Positions 25,320 to 39,527 of a DNA stretch of 64,000 nt are shown here, one piece after another (within the stretch, counting starts at the first letter, position 1; every line of letters starts with the position of its first letter). The notes beneath the pieces are model-generated. The model did no database searches, was not told where the DNA came from, and saw only the letters and a list, made by a program, of their open reading frames with translations. The stretch comes from Camelus dromedarius (lineage: Eukaryota), in contig NC_087436.1 in the NCBI RefSeq assembly GCF_036321535.1, positions 37,636,001-37,700,000 of the forward strand. Direction: 5' to 3'. A program made the position numbers and the translations under genes.

Positions 25320-28300
25320 TTTACGTGGGACTTTTTAATACAAGCTTCCCCTCCTTCAGTACTACCTGGTATCCTTGTTGACCTCAGGCCTAGTTGTCTT
25401 TGACTATTTGTTCTCTTGTCAAACATTAAATAATCACTGGGAGGCTCTGGAGAGAGGATGAACTTGTGCCTGCCTCCAGGAAGGTCTCATCTAATGGAGG
25501 AGACATGCGAGTAGACACGCCGTTACAATCAGGTGTAATAAGCCGTGGAGTGGGGGAAATACAGGTTGCCATGGAAATACATAGCTGGAACACCTCGTGC
25601 AATCTCGGGTGCAGTTTCCATCCCAGGTTTAAGATGAGAACGGCATTTAGCCAGGCAAAAAGGCCAAGTTGTGCATGTACCAGAGTATCTTCAGTTGAAA
25701 ACTGTGTGTGTCTACAGACGCTGTACCCTGTCTCAGTCTGTCACTCTTCCCTCATGGATGAGAATGTCTCGCTGGTGCAGAACAGTTCCAATAAGGAGGC
25801 CAAACCTATCTCCGCAGGAGAGTTGTAGGGGATGTGGGTCCTACAGCCCGTGCAGACCTGTAACCTTTCGCGGTCTGATCAGCACCTGCAGCAGCGCTTT
25901 ATCTCTGCTCCAGTCTGGCTCCTCTGCCCCCCAGTTCCTCCAGGGCACAGCCACGAGAGGTCTGGCTCGGGTCCCTGGCCTCAGTTCAGCTACCTGGCAC
26001 ATCACAAAAGCAGAGAGGAAGTAAACAGGGATCCAGCCAAGAATGCAGATTGAGGGCAATAACAGAGCCTGAGTTTATAAAAACTATCCCTATCCTCTGG
26101 GCTTTACTTTCAGACTTGCGAAGACCACTTTTAGACATGCATTTAGATCATTAAGCCACATGGCCTTGGGCTAAACTCTAGGAATACTCATTCTTTCCTG
26201 AGGCCAATGCTACTTTCAAAATTCTGTGAGCAAACCTTTTCTCTCCCATTACCTCCTTAAATCACAAATGTTAAAGTTCCCAATTACTAAAATACTTAAA
26301 ACGCCATGACTTGTGGGTCTAAAACACATTTACACAGAGTAACTTCTTTATTGAGAGTTTGTTCCTCCCCCAAATAGCCAGGAGTGCACGCTGAGTACTG
26401 ATCACAATGACAAAAAGTAAAACCTACAAGTTACTGCTTGATTGTAGGTTTATAGACAACACTTCTTATTCTGGGTCCCCAGAGGTTACAATTCCTGGTC
26501 TTTGAACATCTGGAAGCATTTCCTTTAGAGAAGAACTTGCTATTGATTTTTCCTTGTCTTGTATTTGAAAATACGCTTTGTTCTCCAGAATCTTCCCTAA
26601 AAACACTTGGCTTGTGAAGGAAGATCAAAGCATTAAATGTGACCTTGGCAGCAGCCTGGGAGGAAATGTGGACATTTGAGGTCGGCGAGTGTGTGTAAGA
26701 AGAAAAAACCCTAGTGTCCCTAATTCTTGCCCTGGCTTTGCTATCTGCCATTTAACCCCTCTGAGCTTCATTTCTCTGTCTTCTAGAAGCAGGAGAGGAA
26801 TTAAATGATCTTCAGGTTATTTCCAAGATTGTGGTTTCTGTTTTGTCTACTAAATGTAAATTTTTTTTTGAGGAATTTACACTACTTGTCAAGAATAATG
26901 AGGCAACCGTAGCACGTAACCATAAAAATCAGGTCTGGTGGTTTTGGGCCGCACGCTCACCAGAAGACATTATCAGTGACTGGACATTCTGTGGTCTTAA
27001 AGTATAGATAGCCAGCGGCGTTCATGTACAAGGCACAAAAAGTTGAAAATACGACTGTCCTACAAATATAAAATGAATGCACGTCAACTGTTTTAATTCA
27101 GCTCAGTGGTTAATGAGGTATCCAGAAAGGTAAGAAGGCTCGCTCAAAGAGTATTTGAAGAACTGGGTATTTACAGGCAATTTAATAAAGGAATATTAGA
27201 GTAAGATGTTTAGATTATGTTTAAAAACTGGTAATGCCTTATAAGGCAGTAAGCCAAAATCCTTGAGATTATCTTTTCTATCAGTGAGGATTCTGCAAAT
27301 GAACAATGTCTAGGCTCTAATCAAATAGTAACATTTAAATCATTAATAAACCTTAGATAAGCCTATTAAATAATAGCACACAAAGACATGCTGTGTCCCT
27401 CGCTTGCTTTATTGGATAATTTTTTGGAGGCTTCTGTACTGGAGACTCTTGAATATGGGATAAAAGTCTGAGGGCTCCAAGTAGACCTGAAACACATTCC
27501 CCTCTTTCCCTGTTTTCTCTGGTTTCTCACTGGGTTACCGGGCAGGTCGTCACCTCCCAACAGCAGTTTAGGGGAAAACAGTTCACACATCATATATAAC
27601 TTAGGGAAAGCTATTTGTGAAAAAAGCTTCATGGTCACATTGGCTTAGCCTACTATTCTATTGCTAAAATCTAATTCATATTAATATCATTTCTATTTAC
27701 TTTCTAGGTTGCTTTATTCTTGTGGGTGAAGAGTAGGAAGGAGGGATAGTAACGAAGGAGATTCACATCCATGCAAGTTTAAAACAAGCAATGAATAAGC
27801 CAAAGGCCCAACAGGAATTTACGGGGCTTCACTGAGTTCTGTCACTACTAGGAGAGCTCTCAGCCTAATAGTACCACCTATATAATTCTCTGTTTACTTG
27901 CAATTTCATAAGGAGGCCACCTCAAATCAGGATTTTAGTTAATCGATTCAGAGTCATTTCTGAATTTTCACAGTTCTTTTGTGCTAAATTTTTTTTTTTG
28001 AAATCAAAATGTACTCAGACAAATGATGATGAGATTCGAATTTAAAGTAGTCACTCATGGCAATAAATTAACATGGGTTCATGACGGGAGAGGTCAAGAA
28101 AAAACAATAGACCCTCTCTTCAGAAAGAGACAATTACAACATACATAATTTTGTATTTAGTTTGATTTAGGGTGATTCATGAACCTGCTGCATCTCATTC
28201 TGGACTCTGGTCCAGGACTCCAAACTTAGGAAAACCAGGGCCACATAAAAGATAGGCTGTTGGTGAAGCACCTGGTCCTCATAGCTTGTCTCTAAGCCTC

Positions 28301-30339
28301 TCCTAATACCTGACTTTATAGGTCAGCCACAGGTCAGCTGTGGGCACCAATTGGCTGTTTTCTTTGGAAATGAAGCAGAAATGGCCCTTATAATGGAAAA
28401 CCTAAGCCTAGTTAGTTGGGAATGACACAGTCCTCTGTGGTCCGGCTGTAGTCACTCTTCCTAAAATCACTAGCAACCCAATGGTAAATTAAAAAGCCAT
28501 GGGCTTCAGAGTGCGTACTTACCCTGCCCCTCATAAGTCAAGTGACCTTAAGAAAAGGTACTTAACCTCACTGAGGCTCACATTTCTTATCTGAAAAAAT
28601 AAGGGTGGCTAAGGGATAGGGCCCAGAGTAAGGACAAGTGGAGCTGCACCCCTCACCTAATCAGCTGAGTAGAACCAGGGAACAGATCCTAAGGTGAGGA
28701 TAAGAGGTACGCAGGAAAACTGAGGCAAGGTTACGTAGGATTTGTTCTATTTGCATTTAAAAGTTCGGTAGAGTGTTGTTTTTTTTTAACTCTACTCCAA
28801 ACCTTGGGTCATAACGTTATATTAAGAATATAATTTTGCTGTGTGCAATTATTTAATGATCTGAAGAGAAAAGGAGAGTTTACAACTTTTATTAATTCTT
28901 TCTTTCAATTGTCAGAATTTAGAGCTTTATAGGAAAGAAATCAACCTGGATAAATAGTACTTTCTTTTGTAAAATAACTCTAAGGCCTATTAAAATTCAT
29001 AAAATGTAATGAATTTCACTAGTTAAAAACAATATAAAACTATTTTCATTCACTAAGTTCTTATGTTAAAGAATAATCTAAAAGATCTGAGAAGAATTTC
29101 ATAAAACCCAAGTAGTAACATAGCCTTTATCCAAGGTGTGACTAAACCTGCTGATTATGTTTTTAACCAAATTTTTTGTGCTTTTAAAATTATTTTTATT
29201 TTCAGCGACATACTACATTTATGGTTCCTACTTTCCAAACTTATTTGTTAGAATGTTCAGTAACTGGGCCAGAGCCTCAGAGTAAGAGCAGTGGCATCAG
29301 TCACTAAGGACCTAGGTCTGGTGCTGCACCCTGACGTATGTTGTCACTGGTCCTGCTGCCAGCCTCACAGTGCAGCATTGTTTTTCTCTTCCTATAAACC
29401 AGGCCATAGAAAGTGAGAAACTTACCCTAGGTCCCACTGTTATGTTCAACCCTAAAAGCCTGTTTTCTCCATTGTATTGCATCATAATGCTTCTTTCAGA
29501 GCTTCACATGGAAGTTCTGAGGCGCAGTCATTAGCGATGACAATGATGATGACAATGGCCCTGAGAAGCGAACGAAGCATCAAGTCCTGGCTGAGCTATA
29601 ATCTCTTAGCTCCATGCCACCCATGGCCCTTCAGCTCTGAGCTGGGCTCCTGGGGCCGAGCCCTGTCCCTGCCACAGTGGTCAGCACTGAGTCCCCCCAT
29701 CCCCACAGGTGTGACCAGAAGCTCCCCACCTCCGGTCCCCACCGCCTGTTTCTCTTCCTCTTTGCCATCACTTCTCCTCTTTCCATGGGGGTCAAAGTCA
29801 CTGAAGCTCTGGTCACCAGAGAGGCTCACTCTGCTCCAAGACCAGGAGCCCATGAGTTCCACAAGGGCCCCTCCCTCTTTGGCTATTGTTCTGAGGGACG
29901 AGTGTGAACCCCGCTCTCAGGGCAGGGAGCAGGGCCCCTCTTCTGAGGCAGAACCTTTGCTGATGTGTCCTAGTAAGACACAAAAAGGTGGCCGTTGGCC
30001 TCTAAGCATATTCACCACTAAAGCTGAAATACTGTGCAGATCATCACTGATTATGATTATTTCTGCGAAAAGTCGGGACCCTGCAATAGTGGATACTCAA
30101 TGAATGATTGCTGAGTTTCGAAGAAGGCACATAATTCAAGTGTAAAAGCACACACGACGGCAGTAACTGCTAGGCTCACGTGTCCACACTAAAGCTGCTG
30201 TCAACGTCTCCTTGCTTAATGATTTTTGTCCCAACTTTACCGGTCTTGTGAGTTTGAGATTATTTGCATACATCTTAAATAAGTAATTCACTGTAAGATT
30301 TGAGTTAATATTTTGAATTAAACTTCATCATGGAGTCAC

Positions 30340-30800
30340 ATTTATTCAATAACAAATATTTATTGAGGGAGGTCACACTCTGGGCCAAGAAACAGAGCAG
30401 TGAATAAAAGCAGACAAAGGCCCTTCTTCTTTTACGGGGCAGGTGTGAGGCCTGTATGGGAGCTGGGGAGAGGAACAGTAAACAAATATGAAATCAAAAT
30501 AATACCAAATTCTAAGGAGAAAATAAAACAGAATGAAGGGCCAGTAGTGATGGGTGTGAGAAAGCTACTTCAGGTGAGTTGCTCAGCAGAGGCTTTTGTG
30601 ATCAAGTGACATGCGAGGCAGGCTCTCAGTGGCACGAGGGGAGGAAAGGGCACACACCAAGCCTCGGTGTGGGAAGCATGCTTGGCACGTTCTGGACACT
30701 GTGATGGGGCCTAGAAGAAAAAGGCAGGGCAGAGGGGAATAGAAGATGAGCTCAGAAGCAGAGCAAGGGAGCTGGATCATTTTGGGACGAGGAGGTCACA
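30340..30800 (-). mobile_element. L2 3' fragment
   Basis: catttattcaataacaaatatttattgag...gaaacagagcagtgaataaaagcagacaaaggccc. Confidence 0.7.
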
Positions 30801-31235
30801 GCGGGTAATCTCAAAATGATCCCCTCTGGGATTTGGATTCAGTAACATGTTTGCCACAGTGGAACATAGTACCAGAAACTGTTGCGACCTCTTGGCAGGC
30901 AAGTCTGGTTCAGAATAGGTCAGAAAGCTGCCTCGGGGGCTTGGCATTCAGTCTAGTCCAATTCCATTGGACTAATTAATTAATTGGGAATCTAATTAAC
31001 CTGAAGGATTGGGGGCAGTTATTAAAGGAATTTTGTGACTCTTCTCTGAGAGTTGTGAGAAGCCATGAGGATCGGTCCAAACTCAATGCTATGCACGACG
31101 AGCGTTTGAGCCACGAGGGGTTTACTGTACACCCAGTAGCTTGTTATATATGGTGGCATCATATGTGGGACATGAGGTACCAATATTACACAGCCCAAGA
31201 GAGAGAATAAATAAATATAAAATGGAAGGGTTGAG

Positions 31236-31625
31236 GTGTATTATTTAGAGATTTTTTTTTTCTATTACAAATAACAGACACCAAAAACCTAGCTTAAAAA
31301 AAAAAAAAGACAAAGCTAATTCATTGTAAAGATTTAGGGTGATTAGCAGAATGTAAAGGTAGAAGGGCATTCATGGCTTACAAAGGGCTGATTCAGGACT
31401 AGAAAATTGCCAGGACTCCATCTCACTGCTCTGCATTTCCCGACCCATTTGCTTCATTCTTAGCTCCCTCTGTGCAGAGAAGAGAGTCTCACTGGCCAAG
31501 CCAGGATCGGTTGTTTACTCTTGGTCCAATCAGTTATAACCACGGAAGTGAAGTCAAGTAGTGTCAGCAAGCATGGCTGTCAGAGCCCCCTTCTGGGAGC
31601 CATTCTCAAAGGAGGTAAAGGACTG
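31236..31625. mobile_element. Old MaLR LTR (MLT1J/K-like)
   Basis: ttacaaataacagacacc...ctagcttaaaa...ctcactggccaagccaggatc...ggtccaatcagtta. Confidence 0.5.
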
Positions 31626-32114
31626 GGCAGAGAGCCCATGTGATTACGTCACCCACCTACATATTTATTTTACTTGGAGACACCTTTTAAAAGTGCTCCT
31701 GAAAGAACTCCTACCTCAATCCAAGGGGTTATTTTTTAGGGGGTGAAAAATGGTGAGGCAGGCAAAAAAAAAAGTAAAAAAAAAAAATCACAAAATGAGT
31801 GCATTTTTCTCATGAACTGTATTTTTTATGAGAAAATTTCTCCATCAAGCCAACATGATCTAATGGAAAGAAAAATGGACTTGAGTCAGAAAATCTGATT
31901 TAAATCTTGACGTTATCAGTTAATTGTCATGGGAATGTGAGCAATTCATTCAGGTTCTCTGATAAATGATACAAGTTGGACTAGATTGTCATTAAAGTAA
32001 CTTCCAGATACTCTTTGGCTTTAATATACTATTTCCATTTGGTGGCAAATAATTGCTTAGGGATTTGTTCTCAGGTTAATTGGAAACAGAGCAAAAATGG
32101 TCAAGAGACAAGCT

Positions 32115-32320
32115 ATAGAATCCTACAGATCTGAGTCCGATCTTGGCCCTGCCAATGTTTTGCAGCTTGATTTCACATAAATTAGTCACTTGGTTAACTT
32201 CCTAGGTCCAAGTTTGCGCATCTGTAAAATGCAGGGAATGCTGACTATTGCCATGGATGATTGTGCCCGCTGAGTAAGAAAATGTATGTAAAGCTCAGGC
32301 TCACTGTGCACGCTCAATTC
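32115..32320 (+). mobile_element. MIR SINE
   Basis: acagatctgagtccgatcttggccctgcca...catctgtaaaatgcaggga...aatgtatgtaaagc. Confidence 0.65.
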
Positions 32321-32586
32321 TGGTCACTGTCATCAGACCGTGAAAATTCGTCAGCCTGTTGGTATCTTACTTCATTACTTTGAATCAATGTGCAAGTAAG
32401 TGAAAATTAAACTCTCATAGTCTTTGAAGTGATCTCATGGCAGCAACTATTGAATATAAAATGAGATTAGAGATCTGAAGATTCTAGAGAGGTATCATAC
32501 ACAAATAGCACCTCCGAGTCATTCACAGACACGTAACAATTTTAATGACCTTTGTAAAACCTGACTCTCCCGTGTCTCCCGGGTAG

Positions 32587-32707
32587 ATGTGAAAGCGTGG
32601 AGCTGGATAATACAATCTGCGATCTGATTGAGAGGAGTGCTTCTCCTGATCCCAAAGGGTTCCCCCCGGGGGCCATGCCAAGCTACAGAAGTCTGTGTTC
32701 TGTCAAG
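32587..32707 (+). CDS. TNIP3: TNIP3 upstream (long-isoform) exon, (x)CESVELDNTICDLIERSASPDPKGFPPGAMPSYRSLCSVK
   Basis: Acceptor ...gtctcccgggtag|A at 32585-86 and donor AAG|gtaaga at 32708. Open frame, phase-0 end joins 49091 in frame. Resembles the recalled N-terminal extension of long human isoforms. In-frame GCCATGC at 32675. Confidence 0.7.
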
Positions 32708-35700
32708 GTAAGAAAACACCTTCTTTCTACTTTCTCTCCATACACCTTTCAAGAGCGTGTTCACCGAGAGGAAGGTATGGGGACAGTCCCCACGTCATTT
32801 ACAGTAACAGACTTCCTTGATGGCTGAAAGGACAAAGTGAACCAGTATAAACTTCTCTTACACAGTCACTTCCTGTTACTAAAGAAACCCTTCAGCAGAA
32901 GGTCCTTCCAGTTCAGAGTGTGATACCAGGCGACTGTGACCACAGGAAAGGGGGCAGAGCTCATGCCCTCGGTAAGAATGCTTAATGCAGCGACAACTCA
33001 TTTTTTTGGGAAGGAGGTCATCTAATTTATGTAAACCCACTTAAACAGGGTTACTAAAATCAGCACATCTCATGTCCATTTTTTAAAGGAAAAGTAAGAT
33101 TTTCCTTATTAAAGGAGTTGTTTGAATTTCCTCTTGTTTCAAGATATTTGTCTATGGTGATTTATGTAAGCAAATAAAATTCAAGGGGAAGCTCAAGCTA
33201 GGACTTTTGTGGGTGACTTTCTAGAAATACATCATAAATGACAACATAAGCTCTTAAGCTCTGCCACCCTTCCAATTAGAAACATCTCTAATGATCACTT
33301 CAAAAAATTCTAATGTAAGTAAATGAGAGAGCATGACTGACATTAGAAACATTTACGTACCTCCTACTTTGGTTCTTATTTCTAAGGTACTTCATACTCA
33401 CTGTGGAAAAGCTATCCTAAGCTCTGAGAAAACTGTAAGAACCATGTAGAGACAGATTTCTTGTGCAGCTAGTGAAGCTTGCATTCCCAGAACAAATATT
33501 TACTTTTGTATCTAATTTGCATTCATAAATTTGTATCCTTTTTCTCTTAAAGGAGGCCCTGGAATTGTATAAGCCTCAGGCCTCACCAAACATGTACTGG
33601 CCTCTGAAACCCTCTCCAAGCCCCCCTGCTAGAGGGCATCTGGGCATTTGGGAACTTAGTTTCTCCTTCTGTCACACGCACACACGTGTGCACACTCGCA
33701 CGTGTGCACGCACTCTGTTTTGTTAAACCTGCCTCTTCTTCACTTCATATGTTGTGGATACCCCTGTACCTCTTTCTTTCATTCATTCAATGAACAAATA
33801 GTATTTTGTGTGTTCTATATCTATGCACTTCTTCTGGCTTAGAAACTTACTTCTGAAAATGAAGTACTTCTTTTCCACGTTAGAAGTGACTCTCTGCTAA
33901 CGATGAGAGGCCAAGGAGACTTCTCTCCCCTCCCTTTCTTCTCTTCTGGCCCCTGCTCCCAACCCTCATACATACACCTCTAACTCCCAGCAAGGGCTTC
34001 CTCCCCTCATGGGAATGTGTTCTTTTCTCTAGCAGCTGTCTTGTCTATCCCAGAAAGAAAGTTAATGAAGAGAACTTGAATCCCTCCGGTACCCTGACCC
34101 TCATGTTCTCTGAGTCTCAGCCCCTAAGACTCATTTGCTCACGACTGACTTCCCTCCCCATTCTGTTCATCGTCTTCTAGATTCCTCCTTGTATGCTGAA
34201 GACCACTCCTACATCCTTATTGCCGTCCTCTGGTTAATTAGTTCTCTATCTGGGGACTTGACTGGAACCTCTGTATCTCTTTAAGATACTGTTTCCCTTA
34301 TTACTTCCTTGAGGAACTTTGCTCGTTTTCCTATACATATCCAGGCAAAGAAGAGCAGATTCCTGGCTGATGTTTTTTTTTATTTTCTACCTGAAGTGTG
34401 AGCTAAAGACATCTAGCTAAGAAGGTGAGAGAGTACCAGGTGAGGTCCAGTGTTTGAAACAGGGGAAGATATGACATGGACATTGAGAGACAGAGAGACA
34501 GGAGAGAGGTGCAAAACTAAAGTGAGTTGCTGAGTAGTGATGAAGACTGAGTTGAGTTTGAGTCACCACATTACAAAACTAATCACTAAACTGTGTTTGG
34601 GCTACTGTATCTTCAGTCTCTCCATCACCTCTTACCAGCTTAAAAGATGTTCAAGTCTCCTCCACTTTTGAACACAGATAACACCTCATATTCTTCTGTG
34701 GGTTATGTTCTAACTTGCTCTTACACATCACAGCCAAGCTTAGTGATCATGGTGTCCAAGACTTTCTGGCCCCGTCACACCACTGACAAGCTCTACCTTT
34801 ATAAATCTGTGGTCATTTTGCATCTGATTTTTTCACTTGTCCTCTCATTTGCATTTGACACCATTCATGAATTCAACTTTCTTAAAATGTCTTACTCCAT
34901 TGACATCTATAAAATTATCCCCCCAAACCCTCCCTGTTTTCCTCTGATCTTCTCACTCAACCTTCACTGACTTCTCTTACATCACCTTCCTGGGTTATAT
35001 CAATGTCACCTAGAGATCTGTCCATAGTCCTTGGCTCATTAACTACAAGATACATGCTGATGACTTATGACATGGGGACACTTACTAAACATGGAGTTCT
35101 TTTCTATATTCACATCAACTTCACTCAGCATTTTCAAAGGTGAATTCAATATCTTTCCTGCTAAAACTGCTTAGTTCCCCCCCACAACTTTCCATTGCCC
35201 ATCTCCCAGGTTAACTTATCTCCAGAATCCTTCCACAAATAATTGTCAAAGTCTACAGGGGACTGTTGAATGTACACTCACAAGCCCAGTATCGTATCCT
35301 AAAGCTGGTGACTGCCACTGGTTGTCAGATGCTCACCTATCACTGCGGCTTCTAGATGTCAGCTGTACCGTGCTCGAATGCGTCATCGTGGCACCACTCA
35401 CTGTGCCAAGTCAGCCTAATATTCTGATATGTTCTCCAGAGCCCAAAAGCAGCTAAGCACTACTACTCTCTCCACTTCAGTGGAAAGATTTCCCCTCCCC
35501 CAACTTTAGCTACACGGGTCCCCAGGGGTACTTTACACAGTCAGTGTTTGTCAGAGGTATGTGTAACAGTCTTTTTGATTTTCCGTGGTTTGGATTTTAG
35601 CTGCCATATATTGAGTGACCACTCTGGGTTGGCTGTTTGCAAAGCATTTCTATACATCAACCCATTTAATCCTTATCTAGATAGGAAAACTGAGGTTCAG

Positions 35701-36659
35701 TGAGGCTAAATAATTTTCTCATGGTCCTACAGCCAGTAGAATTGGATTTTGGACCTCAACCTAGATCTGTCTGAACTTGAACATTGCCCTATACATGGTG
35801 CTTTTAGCTCCCCACCCCCCTCATATAAGAATCATGGTGACTGCACCCGAGCTCAAGTTGGTGTTAGGAATGATGCTGCTGTCAGAGCATCATTTAAGCC
35901 TTTCTGGCTTAAAGCATCACTCTGGGACCAAGCTGCTGTGGCTTTGCCCTCTCTCTTGCTCTCTCTGAGGGTGAAGTCTCCCAGGAACCATCCCCAGAAG
36001 TCTCTCTTTTTCTCACAGACTTCTGTCATATCCTCCTCCATTGTCATCTGAAGTATCTCCAACTATTTGATTCCTTAAGTAAACACAGCTTAGTTTCCAG
36101 CTGGAATCTCTGCTGAACTACTATTTACGATAATACTCTGCAGAAGGAAATCCTACATTCAAAACAAACAAAAATTTTACGTTCTCACTGAGATAGTGAT
36201 GGGACTGAAAAAAAAAGCATAAGAAAAATTCTTTTTGAGGAAGACAAGGGTGAGCCGATGACAGAGGAAGTGTGGAGGGCATCTGTCACTTCCCCACTGA
36301 ATGAAGTAAGCAGAACAGTAAGGTAGACTCCCTCCCTTTCCAGGAGGAGGAAATGAATTTCTTTATGACTTCATGCGATGGGAAGAGTGTAGCTGAATAA
36401 AAGAAATATGATATAATGAAAAGGCCTGAGACATATGTCATGTTCCCTTTTTGTTCTGTCTTTGCCAAGAATAAGAGGGAGAATTACTATAAGGAAAAGT
36501 GAACAGACTGACTCATTGCTTTGAGGAAACAGAAAAGCATTATTGAGGAATATGAGGTATTCCATCAGTGTGTAAGAAGGTTTTAATATTCCGGGAGAGT
36601 TGAGGTAGAAAGTTGGTGAACAGAGAGCACTGAAAGTCTTGTAGGCAACTGACAAATAA

Positions 36660-36751
36660 TTTTATTTCAAAAAAAATTTTTTTCACTGGAATTGAACCCA
36701 GGACCTCATGCATTTTAAACATGCACTCTACCATGAGCTATCCCCTCCCCC
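36660..36751 (-). mobile_element. tRNA-derived SINE (Vic-1-like)
   Basis: The - strand reads GGGGGAGGGGATAGCTCATGGTAGAGTGCATG...GAGGTCCTGGGTTCAATTCCAGTG plus an A-rich tail. TSD gacaaataa at 36651-59 and 36754-62. Confidence 0.78.
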
Positions 36752-37643
36752 TGGACAAATAACTGTCTAAGTGAGAACAATATTCAGCTCCAAAATGGGT
36801 GTTAATGGAAGTTATACTAAACCAAGACCTGGTCTTAACACTATGAGAAAATTAACATACGAAAAATAATTTATGACCCTGTAATTGTATATCTTCAAAT
36901 GCAAAGAAAGTGAATGAGAGGCTTGAAATGTATTTCCTGGACAAGCAAGTAGATTTCCAGCAATGCTTGGGAACAAGGATGCAACCTGGGGGTGGGAAGG
37001 AAGTGTCCACATTTTAAGATGATCCACCAGAATTGAATTTGCTTAAGAGCATTGTCTTGTCTTTTAGATTCAATCTTGCCTTTCCGGTTTTAACTAAAAG
37101 ACGGCATTAGGAATTGGCTTTTAATAACTTTGGTACCAGCTGAGGGAAGATTTCCCAGGGACTGGGGACAGATTCTAGCTCTGGGTGTTCTCAAGGTAAA
37201 AAGCCGTGGGAAAATGCTTTGGCTGGTTCAGAGAGTAATTTGAACTTATGACACTTCGAAAGATTACGAGGGAAAATCTTCTTGGAAACTACAGTAAGTT
37301 GACACACACTTTCTGTAACCACATAGTTTAAAAAAAAAGATCTCGTTTCCCTTTCCTTATTTCCCTTTTTTGAAAGTTAATCTATATTTCTTTACCAAAA
37401 TATAATTTGGATTATCAAAATCTTATTTTCTCATCTATAAGTGGCAAGAATATACTGACGTGAGTGAAAATGCGCAGGCACTTTGTCAGTGTAAAGGGCT
37501 AAGCAAGCCCTGTTTTTGATGATAATGACGTGGGATTAGCTTGAGCCTCAAAATCTTTCGAGTTTTTCTCATACAATTACTTGCTTCCTCTTTGAATCCC
37601 ATTATATAATTTTCAGTGGGAGTACCTGTGGAATGTTTCGATC

Positions 37644-37690
37644 CTTCTTCTTCTTCTTCTTCTTCTTCTTCTTCTTTTTTTTTTTTTTTT
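37644..37690. repeat. (CTT)n microsatellite followed by poly-T
   Basis: Direct reading: cttcttcttctt...ttttt. Confidence 0.9.
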
Positions 37691-39527
37691 CCTGTTAGGG
37701 ACAAAAAGTTGCATTGCTGTATGAGGCTCTGTTTACAATTCCCTGGGAAATGTTTGAATAGTTGGCCGGAAAAAACAGCAAATTCTTAGGCAATGAGAAG
37801 GCAGGTCTCAGCTCAGCTGCTGCACCTCGTGGTGTTTGAAGCTCACAGTTGGCAACCTGGGTGAAGACACTGAAATGAGCTATGTATCTTTCTCTTACCT
37901 ATGAGTTCAGTGAGTCGTTTGTAGTCTTAGGGTTCTAAAAGTATAATCAAATCTCAAAGCTAAACAGATGAGTGGATTAAGAGGCCGGGTTGTGTCTCCC
38001 AAAATATCACCAGAGAGTTAGGATGATCCCATGACTAATCAATGATGTACTAGTCTTTCCATTCATTGCAAAGATTTTGAAGGCTTCCACTATGTGTGAA
38101 TATCAGATATATGTCCAGATAAGGAGATCTCGCTGTGTATGCGCACCCCGAACCCTATTTTAAAATGAAGTACAACACCAGGCAGCACAGGAAAACAGAG
38201 ACACAAGTCGGTAAGCTAAAATCACACTCTAAGACACAAGAATGAAAACTGTTACAAAAGAAGGGAGACAAAAGCTCTCCCTGACTTTTGAGAGGCATCC
38301 ATTTGTTGCACAGATGGCTGTCTAAAGAAGAGGAGAAGTGAGGTAAAAAACTGGGGCTCCTCTTGGTTGGTAAGTAAGAGACACTTTGAGCCGGGCACTC
38401 TCTTACTCAATGTCTTTCTTTTCCATTGCTGCGATGATTTGCCCCAAGTTCACAAGAGAAGGAATTCGAGAAAACTGGAAGGCACAGCTTGTCCTTTGGG
38501 AGATGCAAGCAGTAGCTGGAAGAGGACTCTTTCTGTCTCAGTGAAAATAATCATCCTAGAAACTCCAGTGCAGGCCACTTTGGCGGCCAGAGGAGCAGCA
38601 CAACAACACTAGGGGTGTGGGTGGAGGAAGCCACCAGACCTTGAAGGGAAGAGCGGGAAGGGCGGCATCCAGGGGGAAGTTATAGTAGATCTGATCATTT
38701 TAAGTGATTAAAAGAACATAAGGCATCCAGGAGCCTGCAAAGCAAAGAGAGAGAATGAGAGTCTCAGGGTTTCCACTGAAAAGGCACTTGGAGCTCAAAA
38801 TATTATCCTTACTTTTGGAATCATTAGTCTACCTTTGCTTGTCACCTCCTAGCCTTCTATGACTTCACCAATTACATTTGAAAAAACTTTAGATACGCCT
38901 TTCTTATTACACAAAAAGAAGAGTAACATAAGCCTCTGGGTCCAGAAGTTTGTAAATCTGTGACACTATTAAGGAAGCAAAATTCTTGGCGTGGGAGTTA
39001 CCATAACACGTCCGTAAGAGTTGTTTAGCAAATAGATATTCTTTCGGTTCTTGATCTGTTTAGCTCTGTGATGGAGGTGGATCTCTCGTAGGGACTTCCA
39101 AACCCAAGCTGGGTTTGGAATCTAATGCCTCAATAAGCCTTCTTTCTCACACAGTCTTCCCCATTTCTAGTTTGGTTAGAAACAATTTATTTAATGAGTG
39201 TGGGGGGAAATAATGAACCAAATGGGCACTTTGAGCTCTCACTGAGGAATGCTTAGCTCATTCTAACGTCTACCTTCTAGATGAAATGCGTCTTATGACT
39301 TTTTACCTTCTTCTGTACTTGTGAGGAGAGTGAGGCTTGACACACAAATTAGATAAATATCTTTTCCTATAGGATTATGGATATAAGCAGCAAAAAGTGA
39401 GATCATTGATTTCTTTTTTTTCCTCCAGTGAGGGAGATTTATGTTTTAAAATAAATGCTCCTTAAATCACTAAAGATCAGTTAGCAAATGTTTGCAATTT
39501 TTGCAGGCTATCCTATTGAGAGATTTT

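Noticed and set aside
29477..30103. Longest ORF in the track (208 aa)
   Set aside because: Non-ATG start, Ser/Pro-rich low-complexity translation, no recognisable domain or exon structure. Consistent with a chance ORF in a GC-richer patch.
33484..33492. GAS motif TTCCCAGAA (also 50238-50246)
   Set aside because: Isolated 9-mers are expected by chance in 64 kb, with no supporting cluster.
37486..37704. ORF with poly-K/poly-E
   Set aside because: Translation of the (CTT)n/poly-T microsatellite.
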